The position numbers and the translations under genes are program-made. From the NCBI GenBank assembly GCA_044226015.1, contig JBGAHS010000002.1:689571-753570 (forward strand): 64,000 nucleotides of DNA, given 5' to 3'. The notes beneath the pieces were generated by a model, which saw only the letters and a list, made by a program, of their open reading frames with translations, made no database searches and was not told where the DNA came from. Below are positions 10,471 through 20,690 of the stretch, piece after piece. Numbering within the stretch: position 1 is the stretch's first letter; the number at the start of each line of letters is the position of its first letter. Source of the DNA: Candidatus Obscuribacteraceae bacterium (GTDB taxonomy: Bacteria > Cyanobacteriota > Vampirovibrionia > Obscuribacterales > Obscuribacteraceae).

Positions 10471-11487
10471 ATGGATATTCACATAATGATGTTCATTCTC
10501 ATGGGAATTCTGCTTTCCGGCTATGGCATTCTCGACGGCTTTGACCTGGGCGTGGGCATTCTTCATCTTTTTGGAAAAACGGAAGAAGAAAGAGCCGTGA
10601 TGATGCACACGATCGGCCCAGTCTGGGACGGCAACGAAGTCTGGCTAGTAACTTTTGGCGGCGCCCTTTTTGCAGCCTTTCCCAATGTGTACGCTGCGTC
10701 TTTTTCAGGGTTCTACCTTCCGTTCATGGTTCTTCTCAGTGCTCTAATTTTCCGTGGTGTGTCACTCGAATTCCGCAACAAAAACAAATCTACAAATTGG
10801 AAACGCTTCTGGGATTTTTCGTTTTGTATGTCGTCAGCGCTAATCGCATTTTTGCTCGGAGTGGCTGTAGGAGACACAATGCAGGGCTTACCTGTGGATG
10901 CCAAAGGTGATTTCGTCGGAAGCATTGCAGACGTTTTTCGCCCCTACCCACTGCTTGTTGGACTATTGTCGGTAGCAGGCTGCGCAATGCACGGTTCCAT
11001 CTACTTATATTTGAAGACAAAAGAAGAGCTGCAAAGCAAAATACACCCGTGGATGTGGACCACTTTCGGCATATTTCTAGTGTTTTACATGCTCACCACG
11101 ATGGTGACTCTAATATCAGTTCCAAGCTCAGTCGAAAACTTCAAGCGCTTCCCGATTGCCTGGACTGTTGTCATTCTAAACATTCTCGCGATCGCCAATA
11201 TTCCCCGCGCGATATTTTTGAGTAGACCTTTCTACGCATTTATTTCGTCATCAGCAACGATATTGGGTCTGACTAGCCTCTTCGGAATCGCCCTGTTTCC
11301 AAATCTTTTGCGTTCCACCATTGATGAGAAGTTCAGCTTGAATATTTACAACGCTTCCTCTTCAGAGCCTACGCTCTGGCTAATTTTCTGGATTGCGTGC
11401 ATGGGTGTTCCGTTTGTTTTGTCCTATACCGGAGTGGTGTACTGGGTTTTTAGAGGAAAGATTACCGCGGAGGACGTAATCTATTGA
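10471..11487 (+). CDS. cydB: Cytochrome bd ubiquinol oxidase subunit II
   Basis: LDGFDLGVG, PVWDGNEVWL; directly downstream of cydA. Confidence 0.97.
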   Translation: MDIHIMMFILMGILLSGYGILDGFDLGVGILHLFGKTEEERAVMMHTIGPVWDGNEVWLVTFGGALFAAFPNVYAASFSGFYLPFMVLLSALIFRGVSLEFRNKNKSTNWKRFWDFSFCMSSALIAFLLGVAVGDTMQGLPVDAKGDFVGSIADVFRPYPLLVGLLSVAGCAMHGSIYLYLKTKEELQSKIHPWMWTTFGIFLVFYMLTTMVTLISVPSSVENFKRFPIAWTVVILNILAIANIPRAIFLSRPFYAFISSSATILGLTSLFGIALFPNLLRSTIDEKFSLNIYNASSSEPTLWLIFWIACMGVPFVLSYTGVVYWVFRGKITAEDVIY

Positions 11488-11640
11488 GTTATCAGCCGCC
11501 ACTTGGAAACCGCGGTTGACATTGTGTTTATGAGAGTTTGGGTATAAACCTGAAATAAGCGTTTATGTTCTGTAGGATCCGTTGTCATATGGTGTATAAC
11601 CGCTAGAAATACGCTTTAGATAAGCTTTGGGGAGCGAGAG

Positions 11641-12774
11641 ATGGGTAAAGGTGGTCTTGAAGATGTCGTTGCAGCGGACTCCAGTGTTTGCTTTTTAGAT
11701 GGCAAAGAAGGGCGTCTGATTTATCAGGGCTATGACATACATGATTTGGCAAAACATTCGACTTTTGAAGAAACGGTTTATTTGCTCTGGTTTGGACGCA
11801 TGCCGGTCAAATCGGAATTGGACAAACTAAACACCGACCTTCAAACAAATCGCAAGTTGCCAGACGACGTTGTGAAAATGATGAAGATGCTTCCAAAGAA
11901 GGCATTGCCTATGGAAGTACTCCGCACAATCGTTTCCATGTTGTCGATGTACGATGAAGATCCGGAAAACAACGATCGTGAACATACGATCAGAAAAGCA
12001 ATTCATCTGACAGCTCAAATGCCTACCATCATTGCTTATTGGGATAACATCCGCAATGGCAAAGAACCGCTTGCACCTCTGACAGATTGCAACCTTGCTA
12101 CAAATTTCTTGTACATGTTGAATCAAAAGATGCCGGACGAGTTGAGCGCAAAGTCACTCGACCTCGCATTGATTCTGCATGCTGACCATGAATTGAACGC
12201 CTCGACTTTCGCAGCTCGCGTCGCAGCAGCTACCGAAACCGACATGCACTCAGCGATTACTGCAGCCATCGGTGCCCTCAAAGGACCACTACACGGCGGA
12301 GCTAATCAGGAAGTTATCAAAATGTTGTTGCAGATTGGCGAGTCCAGCAATGCTGACCCGTTCATCAAGAAGCAACTTGCTGAGCACAAGAAGGTTATGG
12401 GCTTCGGCCACCGCGTATACAAGACAGAAGACCCACGTGCATGGCACTTGCGTCAGATGTCCGAAGAACTCGGAAAGCGCATCGGCGAAATGAAGTGGTT
12501 CGAAATGTCACGCACCATTGAAGAAGCAGTCTTCCGTGAGAAAGGACTCTACGCAAACGTAGACTTCTACTCCGCGTCGGTGTACTACATGCTCGGTATT
12601 CCAATAGACTTGTTCACACCTATCTTCGCAATGAGCCGCATCTCAGGTTGGGCTGCACACGTTCTTGAACAACATGCAAACAACCGCCTGATTCGCCCAC
12701 GTGCAGAGTACACAGGTCAAACGAATCTCAAATACGAGCCAATCGAAAACAGACATGCACTTTCTAAGTCCTAG
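11641..12774 (+). CDS. gltA: Citrate synthase (short type; 2-methylcitrate synthase not excluded)
   Basis: DHELNAST, GPLHGGAN, MGFGHRVYK, NVDFYS motifs. Confidence 0.9.
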   Translation: MGKGGLEDVVAADSSVCFLDGKEGRLIYQGYDIHDLAKHSTFEETVYLLWFGRMPVKSELDKLNTDLQTNRKLPDDVVKMMKMLPKKALPMEVLRTIVSMLSMYDEDPENNDREHTIRKAIHLTAQMPTIIAYWDNIRNGKEPLAPLTDCNLATNFLYMLNQKMPDELSAKSLDLALILHADHELNASTFAARVAAATETDMHSAITAAIGALKGPLHGGANQEVIKMLLQIGESSNADPFIKKQLAEHKKVMGFGHRVYKTEDPRAWHLRQMSEELGKRIGEMKWFEMSRTIEEAVFREKGLYANVDFYSASVYYMLGIPIDLFTPIFAMSRISGWAAHVLEQHANNRLIRPRAEYTGQTNLKYEPIENRHALSKS

Positions 12775-12971
12775 TACTGGGACGAGCAAAGTGGCGACAA
12801 TTCGATCTGCGGATTAGTCTAAAAAATCAACGAGCACGCTACACCAATAGGGGTCGCGTGCTCGCCCTTAAGGGGTGGCAGAACTAGCAGGCTTATTCTG
12901 CAAGCGAAACAGCAGCGTGATGAACGCTCGGTCGACAGAGAAAGCCGGAAAACACAGATTACTATTTAAGA

Positions 12972-13637
12972 ATGAATTGGCAGCAAATCATGGATAAAGC
13001 GTTCACTGAATTGAAAAATTCAGGCGCTGCTGCAGCCGAACCCTGGTTGCGAAAAGCAATTGAAGTAGCAGGCGACGGCACAGAGTTCCAAGCCCTGGCA
13101 ATCTTCAATATGGGGCTTGTTTGCTACGACTTGAAGAAGCCAAAAGAAGCGGAAAATCATCTTGCACACGCCATTGAAATAATTCAGGACCACTTGCCCC
13201 AGCAAGATGAACTCTACGGAATGTTCATCAAAACGATGATTGAATTCTACGAAAAAGAGGGGCGTTTCGCTGAAAGCAAAGAATACTATTTGATGGAAAT
13301 ACAGCACACCAAAAACATGTTTGGTGAGCGGCATCCGTATGTTTCAAATATGATTTGTGAGTATGCCGACGTACTGATGAAGCTGAAAGAGTTTCCCGAG
13401 GCAGAGCGGGCACTCACACGGGCACTAGACATAATGTCTGGCGCTAAGGGACCTGACCATCTTCAGAACGCAAATATTCACAGCAACCTGGCACGCTGCT
13501 ACTCGGCGTTGGGACGCACGGAAGATGCAGAATGGCATAATGCAAGGGCGGCAACTTTGAACTCTCGCCGACCACGAAATGCTGATGGACGCCCGAACAT
13601 CGAAGACAAAGACACTGTAGAGCAACAGTTAGATTGA
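12972..13637 (+). CDS. Tetratricopeptide repeat protein
   Basis: Repeated TPR helices (EAERALTRALDI..GPDH). Confidence 0.85.
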   Translation: MNWQQIMDKAFTELKNSGAAAAEPWLRKAIEVAGDGTEFQALAIFNMGLVCYDLKKPKEAENHLAHAIEIIQDHLPQQDELYGMFIKTMIEFYEKEGRFAESKEYYLMEIQHTKNMFGERHPYVSNMICEYADVLMKLKEFPEAERALTRALDIMSGAKGPDHLQNANIHSNLARCYSALGRTEDAEWHNARAATLNSRRPRNADGRPNIEDKDTVEQQLD

Positions 13638-14158
13638 TGCCAGTTTTCGAGACAGCACGCATAGTAGTTCGCGAATTAGACATTGCTGATGCAGCCGACT
13701 TGCACACCATATGCGGTGACGCAGAAGTCATGAAATTTGTCGGCAACCTTCAACCGTACACTTTTCCACAGACAAAGCAAGCAATTTTGAAATGCCTGAA
13801 AAGCTATGGATGGAACGGCTGGGGCGGCTGGGCACTTTGCGACAAAGACAACGCTAGCTTATTCGGGTATGGTGGCTTTGAGTGGGTGGAAGAACGTTCC
13901 ATGCCAGAACTCTTCTATATCTTCAATGCCGAGCATTGGGGCAAAGGTTTCGCAAGCGAATTCGCAAAAGCAGCTGTCATGTACGCCAAAACAGAGCTAA
14001 AACTGAACCAGCTCGGAACCTCCTTTGACCCAGCCAATAAAGCCTCAATGCGTGTAGCTAGCAAGGTAGGATTCACGTTTTCCCATGAGGGACTAGACGA
14101 ATTCAATCTTCCAACCATTTACTACAGCTTGAAGCTTAATGACTTAGCTATTGATTAA
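13634..14158 (+). CDS. GNAT N-acetyltransferase, RimJ/RimL type
   Basis: FETARIVVRE, HWGKGFASE, NKASMRVASKVGF. Confidence 0.9.
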   Translation: MMPVFETARIVVRELDIADAADLHTICGDAEVMKFVGNLQPYTFPQTKQAILKCLKSYGWNGWGGWALCDKDNASLFGYGGFEWVEERSMPELFYIFNAEHWGKGFASEFAKAAVMYAKTELKLNQLGTSFDPANKASMRVASKVGFTFSHEGLDEFNLPTIYYSLKLNDLAID

Positions 14159-14215
14159 AAACCCATTCACGACGGGCTAGGCTCCTATTCTCGATGAATA
14201 AAACCTTTTGTGTCC

Positions 14216-14731
14216 TCAATACTTGTTGAGACAACCATAGCGGCACGAATACCCCATAGAATAATTTCGCACAGCTTCGATGACTCGATTGGCGAACTCA
14301 AAACGATCTCCACCATCGTTGGAGAGTCCATCGAAGTCACCACGCAATGCCTTCATTGCAAATTTTTCGACGTCAATTTCCTGCCTAGTGCGTTTACCCA
14401 TAGCACGCAAAATGGGCACTGGAGGACACCATCCCTGAATTGCATGAAGTAAGAGAAATGAACCTACAATCGCCGGAATAAGTAAAAACCACGGACTCAA
14501 AAAGGCGCCCAAAGCAGTGCCAATTATCACTAGTGAGGATGCATTAGTTTCGATGATTCTCTCAACATCCCACTCAGACTCTAGTTCTTCGATGCGACTT
14601 GAAATAGCAAAATCAGGTTGAGAAGAAAACACATGAATGTTGTGCTCGATTCTTCTGTCAATATCCAAATTCGTTCTCGCCGAAGTGTTATGCCGCACCC
14701 GGTCGAATTCCGAAGGAATCATTTCTACCAT
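14216..14731 (-). CDS. DUF2892/YgaP-like membrane protein
   Basis: EWDVERIIE, two TM helices, HAIQGWCPP; AGAAGGAG RBS before ATG 14731. Confidence 0.8.
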   Translation of the reverse strand: MVEMIPSEFDRVRHNTSARTNLDIDRRIEHNIHVFSSQPDFAISSRIEELESEWDVERIIETNASSLVIIGTALGAFLSPWFLLIPAIVGSFLLLHAIQGWCPPVPILRAMGKRTRQEIDVEKFAMKALRGDFDGLSNDGGDRFEFANRVIEAVRNYSMGYSCRYGCLNKY

Positions 14732-14836
14732 AATCGATCTCCTTCTAATTATATGTATGTCGCATAAGAGACGCGACACATGCTCACTGGTTCCGAAGAG
14801 CATGTGCCGATCGAGTTTCGTGAGCAACGCTCTGCG

Positions 14837-16570
14837 CTAGCCTGAGCTGCGTGCCATGGCTATTTCGTCAACAATGAATTGAGCGACATGGTCAATGACT
14901 ATGTCTCGAGCATCTTTGTCTCCACGCTTTTTGAATTCGACCAGACCCTGCTCGACCTTCTTACCGACAGTAATTCGCAGAGGAATACCGATTAAATCCA
15001 TATCGTTGAATTTGACTCCAGCACGTTCGTTGCGATCATCCAGCAAAACCTCAATGCCCCTTGCGCGAAGCTCAGAGTAAAGCTTTTCTGCATGATTGCG
15101 AAGGTCGTCATTTGCCCAATTAATAGGAACAATTGCAACTTGAAACGGTGCAACAGAAAGCGGCCAAATAATGCCATGCTCATCGTGATGTTGTTCTACC
15201 ACAGCCGCCAGGAGTCGTTCCACACCAATGCCGTATGAACCCATCAAAATCGGAGTCCGCGCTCCTTCAGAGGTCAAAACATGAGCGTTCATCTTTTCGG
15301 AGTAGCGTGTTCCGAGCTTAAATATATGACCGATTTCCAAAGCAGTTTTCAAACTCAAACTGGCGGAGCACTTGCTGCATTTCTCAGACCCTTTAACGGT
15401 ATGCAAGTCAACAAACCTAGCCACCTTCATGTCTCTTGTGATACTTACATTCTTAAGGTGGTAGTCATTCTGGTTTGCACCAGTAACCATTCCGGTGCGT
15501 CCTTCCAGGCGAGAGTCAGCAATCACGGTGTGAATTTTCTTTCCGTCGCCCCACTCCACGCCGCACGCACCCAGTGAACCGGGTTGAGCACCCAACGCAT
15601 CAACGATTTCAGATTCAGTAGCTGCACGGAGGGTTGCAGCTGCCAATGCCGACTGCAATTTTGATTCATTCAATTCCTGGTCACCCTGCACCAATGCAAT
15701 AACCAGTCTCTCATCGGCTCGCATCACAAGAGTTTTCACTTGCTTCGAAGCAGGATATCCCTCGCCAAACTCTTCAAGTTGTTTGATTGTCCGCACTGCC
15801 GGAGTGTGGAATTTCTCGATAGCAGCCTCACTATGCTGGGTGTCCTTTTCAAAAGCTGATTGAGCCTTCTCTAAATTTGCTGCGTAATTACAAGCATCAC
15901 AAACAACGATAGTGTCTTCGCCAGACTCACTTGCAACCATAAATTCAGCTGACGCGCTGCCGCCCATAGCTCCGGAACTAGCTTCTACCATAGTGAATGG
16001 AATGCCGCACCTCGAAAAGATCTTTTTGTAGGCCTCTCGGTGCAAAACATAAGATTTGTCGAGTCCTTCATCATTTACGTCGAAAGAATAAGAGTCTTTC
16101 ATAGTGAATTCTCGAACTCGAAGCAAACCACCTTTCGGACGCAGTTCATCCCTGAATTTCGTCTGAATTTGATACCACATCTGCGGCAATTGTTTGTAGG
16201 AGTTCAAGCTGTTTCTTGCAATCGAAGTGAATACCTCTTCATGGGTCAACCCCAGGGCAAGCGGCGAATCTTTCCTATCTTTCAAACGAAACATGATGTC
16301 CGAAACAGCTTCCAGGCGCCCCGACTCTTCCCAGAGTTCTAGCGGCTGCAGGGCAGACAACATAAACTCCTGGGCTCCAATCTCATTCATTTCCTGCCTA
16401 ATGATATCAATGATTTTCAATCTGACTCTTTGCGCCAGCGGAAGTATGCTGTAAATACCCGCCGCCAACTGCTGGATGTATCCTCCACGCAATAAAAGCT
16501 TGTGGCTAACCGCTTGCACATTTGCCGGCTCATCTCGAAGAGTCGATATAAAACAATTGCTCCAACGCAT
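14837..16570 (-). CDS. proS: Proline--tRNA ligase (bacterial type with INS editing domain)
   Basis: QIQTKFRDELRP, REFTMKDSYSF, EIGHIFKLG, GSYGIGVERL, anticodon-binding domain. Confidence 0.98.
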   Translation of the reverse strand: MRWSNCFISTLRDEPANVQAVSHKLLLRGGYIQQLAAGIYSILPLAQRVRLKIIDIIRQEMNEIGAQEFMLSALQPLELWEESGRLEAVSDIMFRLKDRKDSPLALGLTHEEVFTSIARNSLNSYKQLPQMWYQIQTKFRDELRPKGGLLRVREFTMKDSYSFDVNDEGLDKSYVLHREAYKKIFSRCGIPFTMVEASSGAMGGSASAEFMVASESGEDTIVVCDACNYAANLEKAQSAFEKDTQHSEAAIEKFHTPAVRTIKQLEEFGEGYPASKQVKTLVMRADERLVIALVQGDQELNESKLQSALAAATLRAATESEIVDALGAQPGSLGACGVEWGDGKKIHTVIADSRLEGRTGMVTGANQNDYHLKNVSITRDMKVARFVDLHTVKGSEKCSKCSASLSLKTALEIGHIFKLGTRYSEKMNAHVLTSEGARTPILMGSYGIGVERLLAAVVEQHHDEHGIIWPLSVAPFQVAIVPINWANDDLRNHAEKLYSELRARGIEVLLDDRNERAGVKFNDMDLIGIPLRITVGKKVEQGLVEFKKRGDKDARDIVIDHVAQFIVDEIAMARSSG

Positions 16571-16594
16571 TCTCTTTTCCTTATCTATATACGC

Positions 16595-16679
16595 AACGAA
16601 GAGAGCCCAACCATCTGTTGGCTCTCACAGCGTTTACTACTACCAGCAAAGCGTGTTAGCCAACCTCGATGGTTGGGCT
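16595..16679 (-). promoter_or_regulatory. Putative transcription attenuator of proS (alternative 1:2, 2:3, 3:4 hairpins)
   Basis: mRNA segments AGCCCAACC / GGTTGGCT / GAGAGCCAAC / GTTGGGCTCTC-TTCGTT are mutually complementary. Confidence 0.7.
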
Positions 16680-16712
16680 GCCTGGCGCTGCTGGTGTGTT
16701 AACTGAATTCAT
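16656..16712 (-). CDS. Putative proS leader peptide MNSVNTPAAPGSPTIEVG
   Basis: 18 codons, three CCA Pro codons at 7, 10, 13; ATG lies 6 nt after a TTGACA-N16-CATAAT promoter (16746-16719), consistent with leaderless translation. Confidence 0.65.
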   Translation of the reverse strand: MNSVNTPAAPGSPTIEVG

Positions 16713-16993
16713 TCCTTCATTATGTCCAGCGAAAAGTTTTTGTCAACCAATTACTTCAAAACACTAAGCCCCTATGCCACCACATATGGTGAGGGACAGG
16801 ATTGCTTAAGCGCCTCTAACCCAGATGAGAAAAAGCTCGGAAATGGCTATTTGATTAGGCTTCGCTAAGATACGCAGATCGAACGTGTCGGGTGGGATTT
16901 TTACGATTGCCCGTCGATATACAGCAGACTAAATTTGCATATGGGGAAAGGCAAGGACCTTGAAGTTTTTTATTTGGATGTGAGGTGGAGCTA

Positions 16994-18271
16994 ATGACGG
17001 ACAAAGTAATTCAATTAGATGAAGCGCGCGATAAGACTAGCGAGTCGAAGGACAACTCGAATCAGGCAGGGCAGAATCTAGTTGGCGAGTTGAACAACAA
17101 CAAACAAGAGGCTCTTGCATTGGCGAAGGCTGCGGCAGCTCCCGGACAGTTCCCGGTAGGGTACAGTGTGTTGCCTCCTTACTTGCTGCAAGATCTGGCG
17201 ACCCGTAATCCGCAAAACGGCGACTTCTTAAAGACATACACAAAGACGAAGGACATGCAGGAGACGCCTGTAGTAGTGCGACCAAGAGTCGACACAAATG
17301 CTAATGGCGACCGTGAAGTCTACGACGCCAAAGGCAAGGAAGACCACCCAGGAGACAAGGCTCGCTTCGAAGGAGAGGCAGCAACTGGAGACAATGAAGT
17401 AGACAACGCATACGACTACACTGGAAAAATACGCGACTTTTATCTAAAGGAATACGGACGCAATTCCATTGACGGACAGGGAATGAAATTTATTTCAACT
17501 GTCAACTATGGCGACAACTATGAAAACGCATTCTGGAACGGCTCACAAATGACCTACGGTCGCCCGAGTGACTCAAGCCCCTTCAAGACATTCGTTCTGT
17601 TAGATGTATGCGGACACGAAATCACACATGGCGTCACCGAGAAAGAATCCGGCATGCGCTACTACGGTCAGTCCGGTGCCCTGAACGAAAGTATGTCAGA
17701 CGTATTCGGTGAAATGATTGAGCAATACTCTAAGAAACAAACAGCAGACCAGGCTGACTGGGTAGTCGGAAACGGAATATGGAAAGACACTGTAAAGGGT
17801 CGTGGACTGCGAGACATGTTGAATCCGGGAACTGCCTATGACGATCCAGCAATCGGAAAAGACCCTCAGCCAGCACACATGAAGGATTACTGGAACGGCT
17901 GGGGAGACAATGGTGGCGTGCACTACAACTCCGGCATACCTAACAAGGCGTTTGCCACATTTGCAAAAGCTGTAGGCGGATACGCATGGGAAGATCCAGG
18001 ACACATCTGGTATGACGCAAGAAAAGCTGCAGGAAGTAACCCTGACTTCGCGACATTTGCGTACCATACAATTGAAGCAGCAAAAGCTCGCGGAAAAGCA
18101 GATCTTGTCCAGAAACTAGAAAAGGCTTGGGCTGATGTAGGTGTGGTACCTGCAGCACAAAAAGCTGCCGATACAAAGCCATCAACAGAGTCAGATCCAA
18201 ACAACGATGGCAAGCTTCCTCCACTCGAGAAAGATGATCATGATCACAAACCGCTAAAGAAAGCTGGCTAA
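16994..18271 (+). CDS. M4 family (protealysin-like) zinc metalloprotease, paralog 1
   Basis: PPYLL propeptide motif, NAFWNG, HEITH, GALNES, GGVHYNSGIPN. Confidence 0.93.
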   Translation: MTDKVIQLDEARDKTSESKDNSNQAGQNLVGELNNNKQEALALAKAAAAPGQFPVGYSVLPPYLLQDLATRNPQNGDFLKTYTKTKDMQETPVVVRPRVDTNANGDREVYDAKGKEDHPGDKARFEGEAATGDNEVDNAYDYTGKIRDFYLKEYGRNSIDGQGMKFISTVNYGDNYENAFWNGSQMTYGRPSDSSPFKTFVLLDVCGHEITHGVTEKESGMRYYGQSGALNESMSDVFGEMIEQYSKKQTADQADWVVGNGIWKDTVKGRGLRDMLNPGTAYDDPAIGKDPQPAHMKDYWNGWGDNGGVHYNSGIPNKAFATFAKAVGGYAWEDPGHIWYDARKAAGSNPDFATFAYHTIEAAKARGKADLVQKLEKAWADVGVVPAAQKAADTKPSTESDPNNDGKLPPLEKDDHDHKPLKKAG

Positions 18272-18293
18272 TTCACAGCAATCGAAATTATTT

Positions 18294-18325
18294 GAGAGGC
18301 ACCTTATTTGGTGCCTCTCTTTTTC
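18294..18325 (+). terminator. Intrinsic terminator
   Basis: GAGAGGCACC-ttattt-GGTGCCTCTC followed by T run. Confidence 0.85.
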
Positions 18326-18354
18326 TTCGTGAGCGCGCCAGATTCGTATAGTGA

Positions 18355-18383
18355 GAAGCAGGCTGGAAGCTTGCGCCCCAGGC
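18355..18383. repeat. REP-like dispersed repeat (copies at 22568-22599 and 25745-25773)
   Basis: AAGCAG(G/C)CTGGAAGC..GCG..CCCAGGC shared by three intergenic sites. Confidence 0.7.
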
Positions 18384-18641
18384 GGAAATCCTGCGCCCAA
18401 GCGGGAATCCCGGTGATTCACTCTGCGCCATGGAGATTCGGTGCCTGCGCCCCCAGATTCGCCATACTGCGGCACACAATATCACAACCCAAAACGCTTA
18501 CTGGCATTAGGTTCTGCTCAACTGGTGGTATTGTGCAATGCAAGTGGGATTGCTACGCTTGAAGCCAATTCGTAGCAGTTGGTAGAGTAGCTCTGGACTG
18601 GGGGGTCACATTATTCAGTAGGCAAGGCGAGGTCTTTAGAA

Positions 18642-19895
18642 ATGGACGATAACTCACGTCAAAGAGTCGAGAAAGCTACACCCGTTACCGAGCGAAATGA
18701 AGAAGCAAGCAACAAACTTGCATCCGAAGCAAATGCAAAAACAGGCGAAGTTCTGGCGTTCGCCAAAACTGGCAGCGCAGCACAAAGTTTCAAACCAAGC
18801 GGATTTAGCGTCATTCCTCCATATGTCCTGGAAGATTTAGCCAAGAAAAATCCTGGTCAAGACGGCTTTTTGAAAACGTACAACAAGACAAAGGAAATGC
18901 TTGATTCACCGAGCAAAATAAAACCGAGAGCGGTAGGTGGAAATGATTCTGCCCGGGAAGTTTATGACGCTAAAGGAAAAGAAGTACAACCCGGTGATAA
19001 AGCTCGCTTTGAAGGAGACAAGGCTACTGGTAATGAAGAAGTAGACAACGCCTATGATTACACGGGCTTTATTCGCGACTTCTACAAGAAAGAATACGGG
19101 CGCGATTCTATCGACGGCAATGGCATGAAATTTGTCTCCACCGTAAATTATGGAGACAACTATGAGAATGCATTCTGGAACGGGTCGCAGATGACCTATG
19201 GTCATCCTTCAGCAGACAGCCCTTTCAAAACGTTTGTGCTTCTAGACGTATGCGGACATGAAATCACCCATGGTGTCACAGAAAAAGAATCGAACCTGAC
19301 TTATTACGGTCAATCAGGAGCACTGAACGAAAGCCTCTCGGACGTATTTGGCGAACTAATCGAACAATACTCTAAGAAGCAAACCGCAGATCAAGCCGAT
19401 TGGGTTGTAGGTAATGGCATTTGGAAAGACACGGTCAAAGGACGCGGCTTGCGCGACATGCTAAATCCAGGCACCGCATATGATGACCCAAAAGTTGGAA
19501 AAGACCCACAACCTGCCCACATGAAAGACTATCTGAAAACGTGGGGAGACAATGGAGGCGTTCACTACAACTCGGGAATTCCAAATAAGGCATTTGCAAC
19601 ATTTGCCAGAGCGGTAGGTGGCAACGCGTGGGAAACACCTGGACATATCTGGTATGAAGCCAGAAAAGCAGCAGGTAGCGACCCAAGTTTCGCACAATTT
19701 GCATATCACACGATTGAAGCAGCAAAGACTCGCAAAGATGCAGAACTAGTGAAGAAACTGGAAAAAGCCTGGTCCGACGTAGGTGTGACTCCATCTGCCA
19801 CAGAAAAGGATAATGACACACCAAGCCGTGGCGATGACGGTGACTGGGACGAAATAAGAAAAGGCGTCAAGAAAGGCTTGAAGAAAGCTTCCTAA
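18642..19895 (+). CDS. M4 family (protealysin-like) zinc metalloprotease, paralog 2
   Basis: PPYVL, HEITH, GALNES; highly similar to paralog 1. Confidence 0.93.
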   Translation: MDDNSRQRVEKATPVTERNEEASNKLASEANAKTGEVLAFAKTGSAAQSFKPSGFSVIPPYVLEDLAKKNPGQDGFLKTYNKTKEMLDSPSKIKPRAVGGNDSAREVYDAKGKEVQPGDKARFEGDKATGNEEVDNAYDYTGFIRDFYKKEYGRDSIDGNGMKFVSTVNYGDNYENAFWNGSQMTYGHPSADSPFKTFVLLDVCGHEITHGVTEKESNLTYYGQSGALNESLSDVFGELIEQYSKKQTADQADWVVGNGIWKDTVKGRGLRDMLNPGTAYDDPKVGKDPQPAHMKDYLKTWGDNGGVHYNSGIPNKAFATFARAVGGNAWETPGHIWYEARKAAGSDPSFAQFAYHTIEAAKTRKDAELVKKLEKAWSDVGVTPSATEKDNDTPSRGDDGDWDEIRKGVKKGLKKAS

Positions 19896-20671
19896 GCGTC
19901 TTTGGTGCCTGCCAATTCAGCATAGGACAAGTAAACTTTTTCCAGAAAATTCTCGGAGGACTCTCCTTTATTTTCTGGATTTAGTTTTGTCCTGAAATAC
20001 AATTCAAGGTCCTTCGCAACGCGAGTACGGCTGGAAGGTTCCATCTTGTGGCGCTTTCGCAAAAACGCGAGCAAGAGCTGATATTCATCAAGTGAAAGTT
20101 GCCCAGCATCAACAAACGAAGTAGTTGGTAGCTCAGTGCTAATTTGCAAACTTCTTCCAGCCAGCTCAGGGCGCCGCTCTCTTATAACCAGAGTTCCGCC
20201 CATCAAATCGCCAAGACGACGTTCGTTCTTGTCAAAAATCATAAAGACGACACCGATCATCAGGACGCCGGCATCAATTATTCGCACCAGGTTTCTGATA
20301 ATAACCGAAGCCCAGTTCACGGGCTGACCATTCGCTTCGATAACTCGAATGTCCGCGAACTTTTTGCCTGGAGTCTGCCCGTTCCAAAGTTTCTCAAAAA
20401 GAATGAAGTAACCAAACTGGATGATAAAAGCAATGAGAATGCTTACACCCGCGACATAATAGTAAAGCGTAGTCTTGCTCTCCATCGGCATATCCATAGC
20501 TGTCACAAAAGACGCGATACCGACGGCGACAATAATCACAACAAACAAAGCCAGGTAAATCATAACCATGTCCAGGAAGGCGGCATAGATGCGACATCCC
20601 ATTCCTGCTAACTCAAGGTGTAGGTCAACATTTTCCGGGGTAGAGATTGAATAGTGTGGGCTGTTGCTCAT
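19892..20671 (-). CDS. RDD family membrane protein
   Basis: TPENVDL..LAG, GQTPGK, RLGDLMGGTLVI. Confidence 0.9.
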   Translation of the reverse strand: MSNSPHYSISTPENVDLHLELAGMGCRIYAAFLDMVMIYLALFVVIIVAVGIASFVTAMDMPMESKTTLYYYVAGVSILIAFIIQFGYFILFEKLWNGQTPGKKFADIRVIEANGQPVNWASVIIRNLVRIIDAGVLMIGVVFMIFDKNERRLGDLMGGTLVIRERRPELAGRSLQISTELPTTSFVDAGQLSLDEYQLLLAFLRKRHKMEPSSRTRVAKDLELYFRTKLNPENKGESSENFLEKVYLSYAELAGTKDA

Positions 20672-20690
20672 TTGCTGAAATCGAGACCTT

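Noticed and set aside
16571..16760. T-box riboswitch upstream of proS
   Set aside because: No T-box consensus (GGTGGnACCGCG-like) and the leader is short; the leader-peptide model fits better
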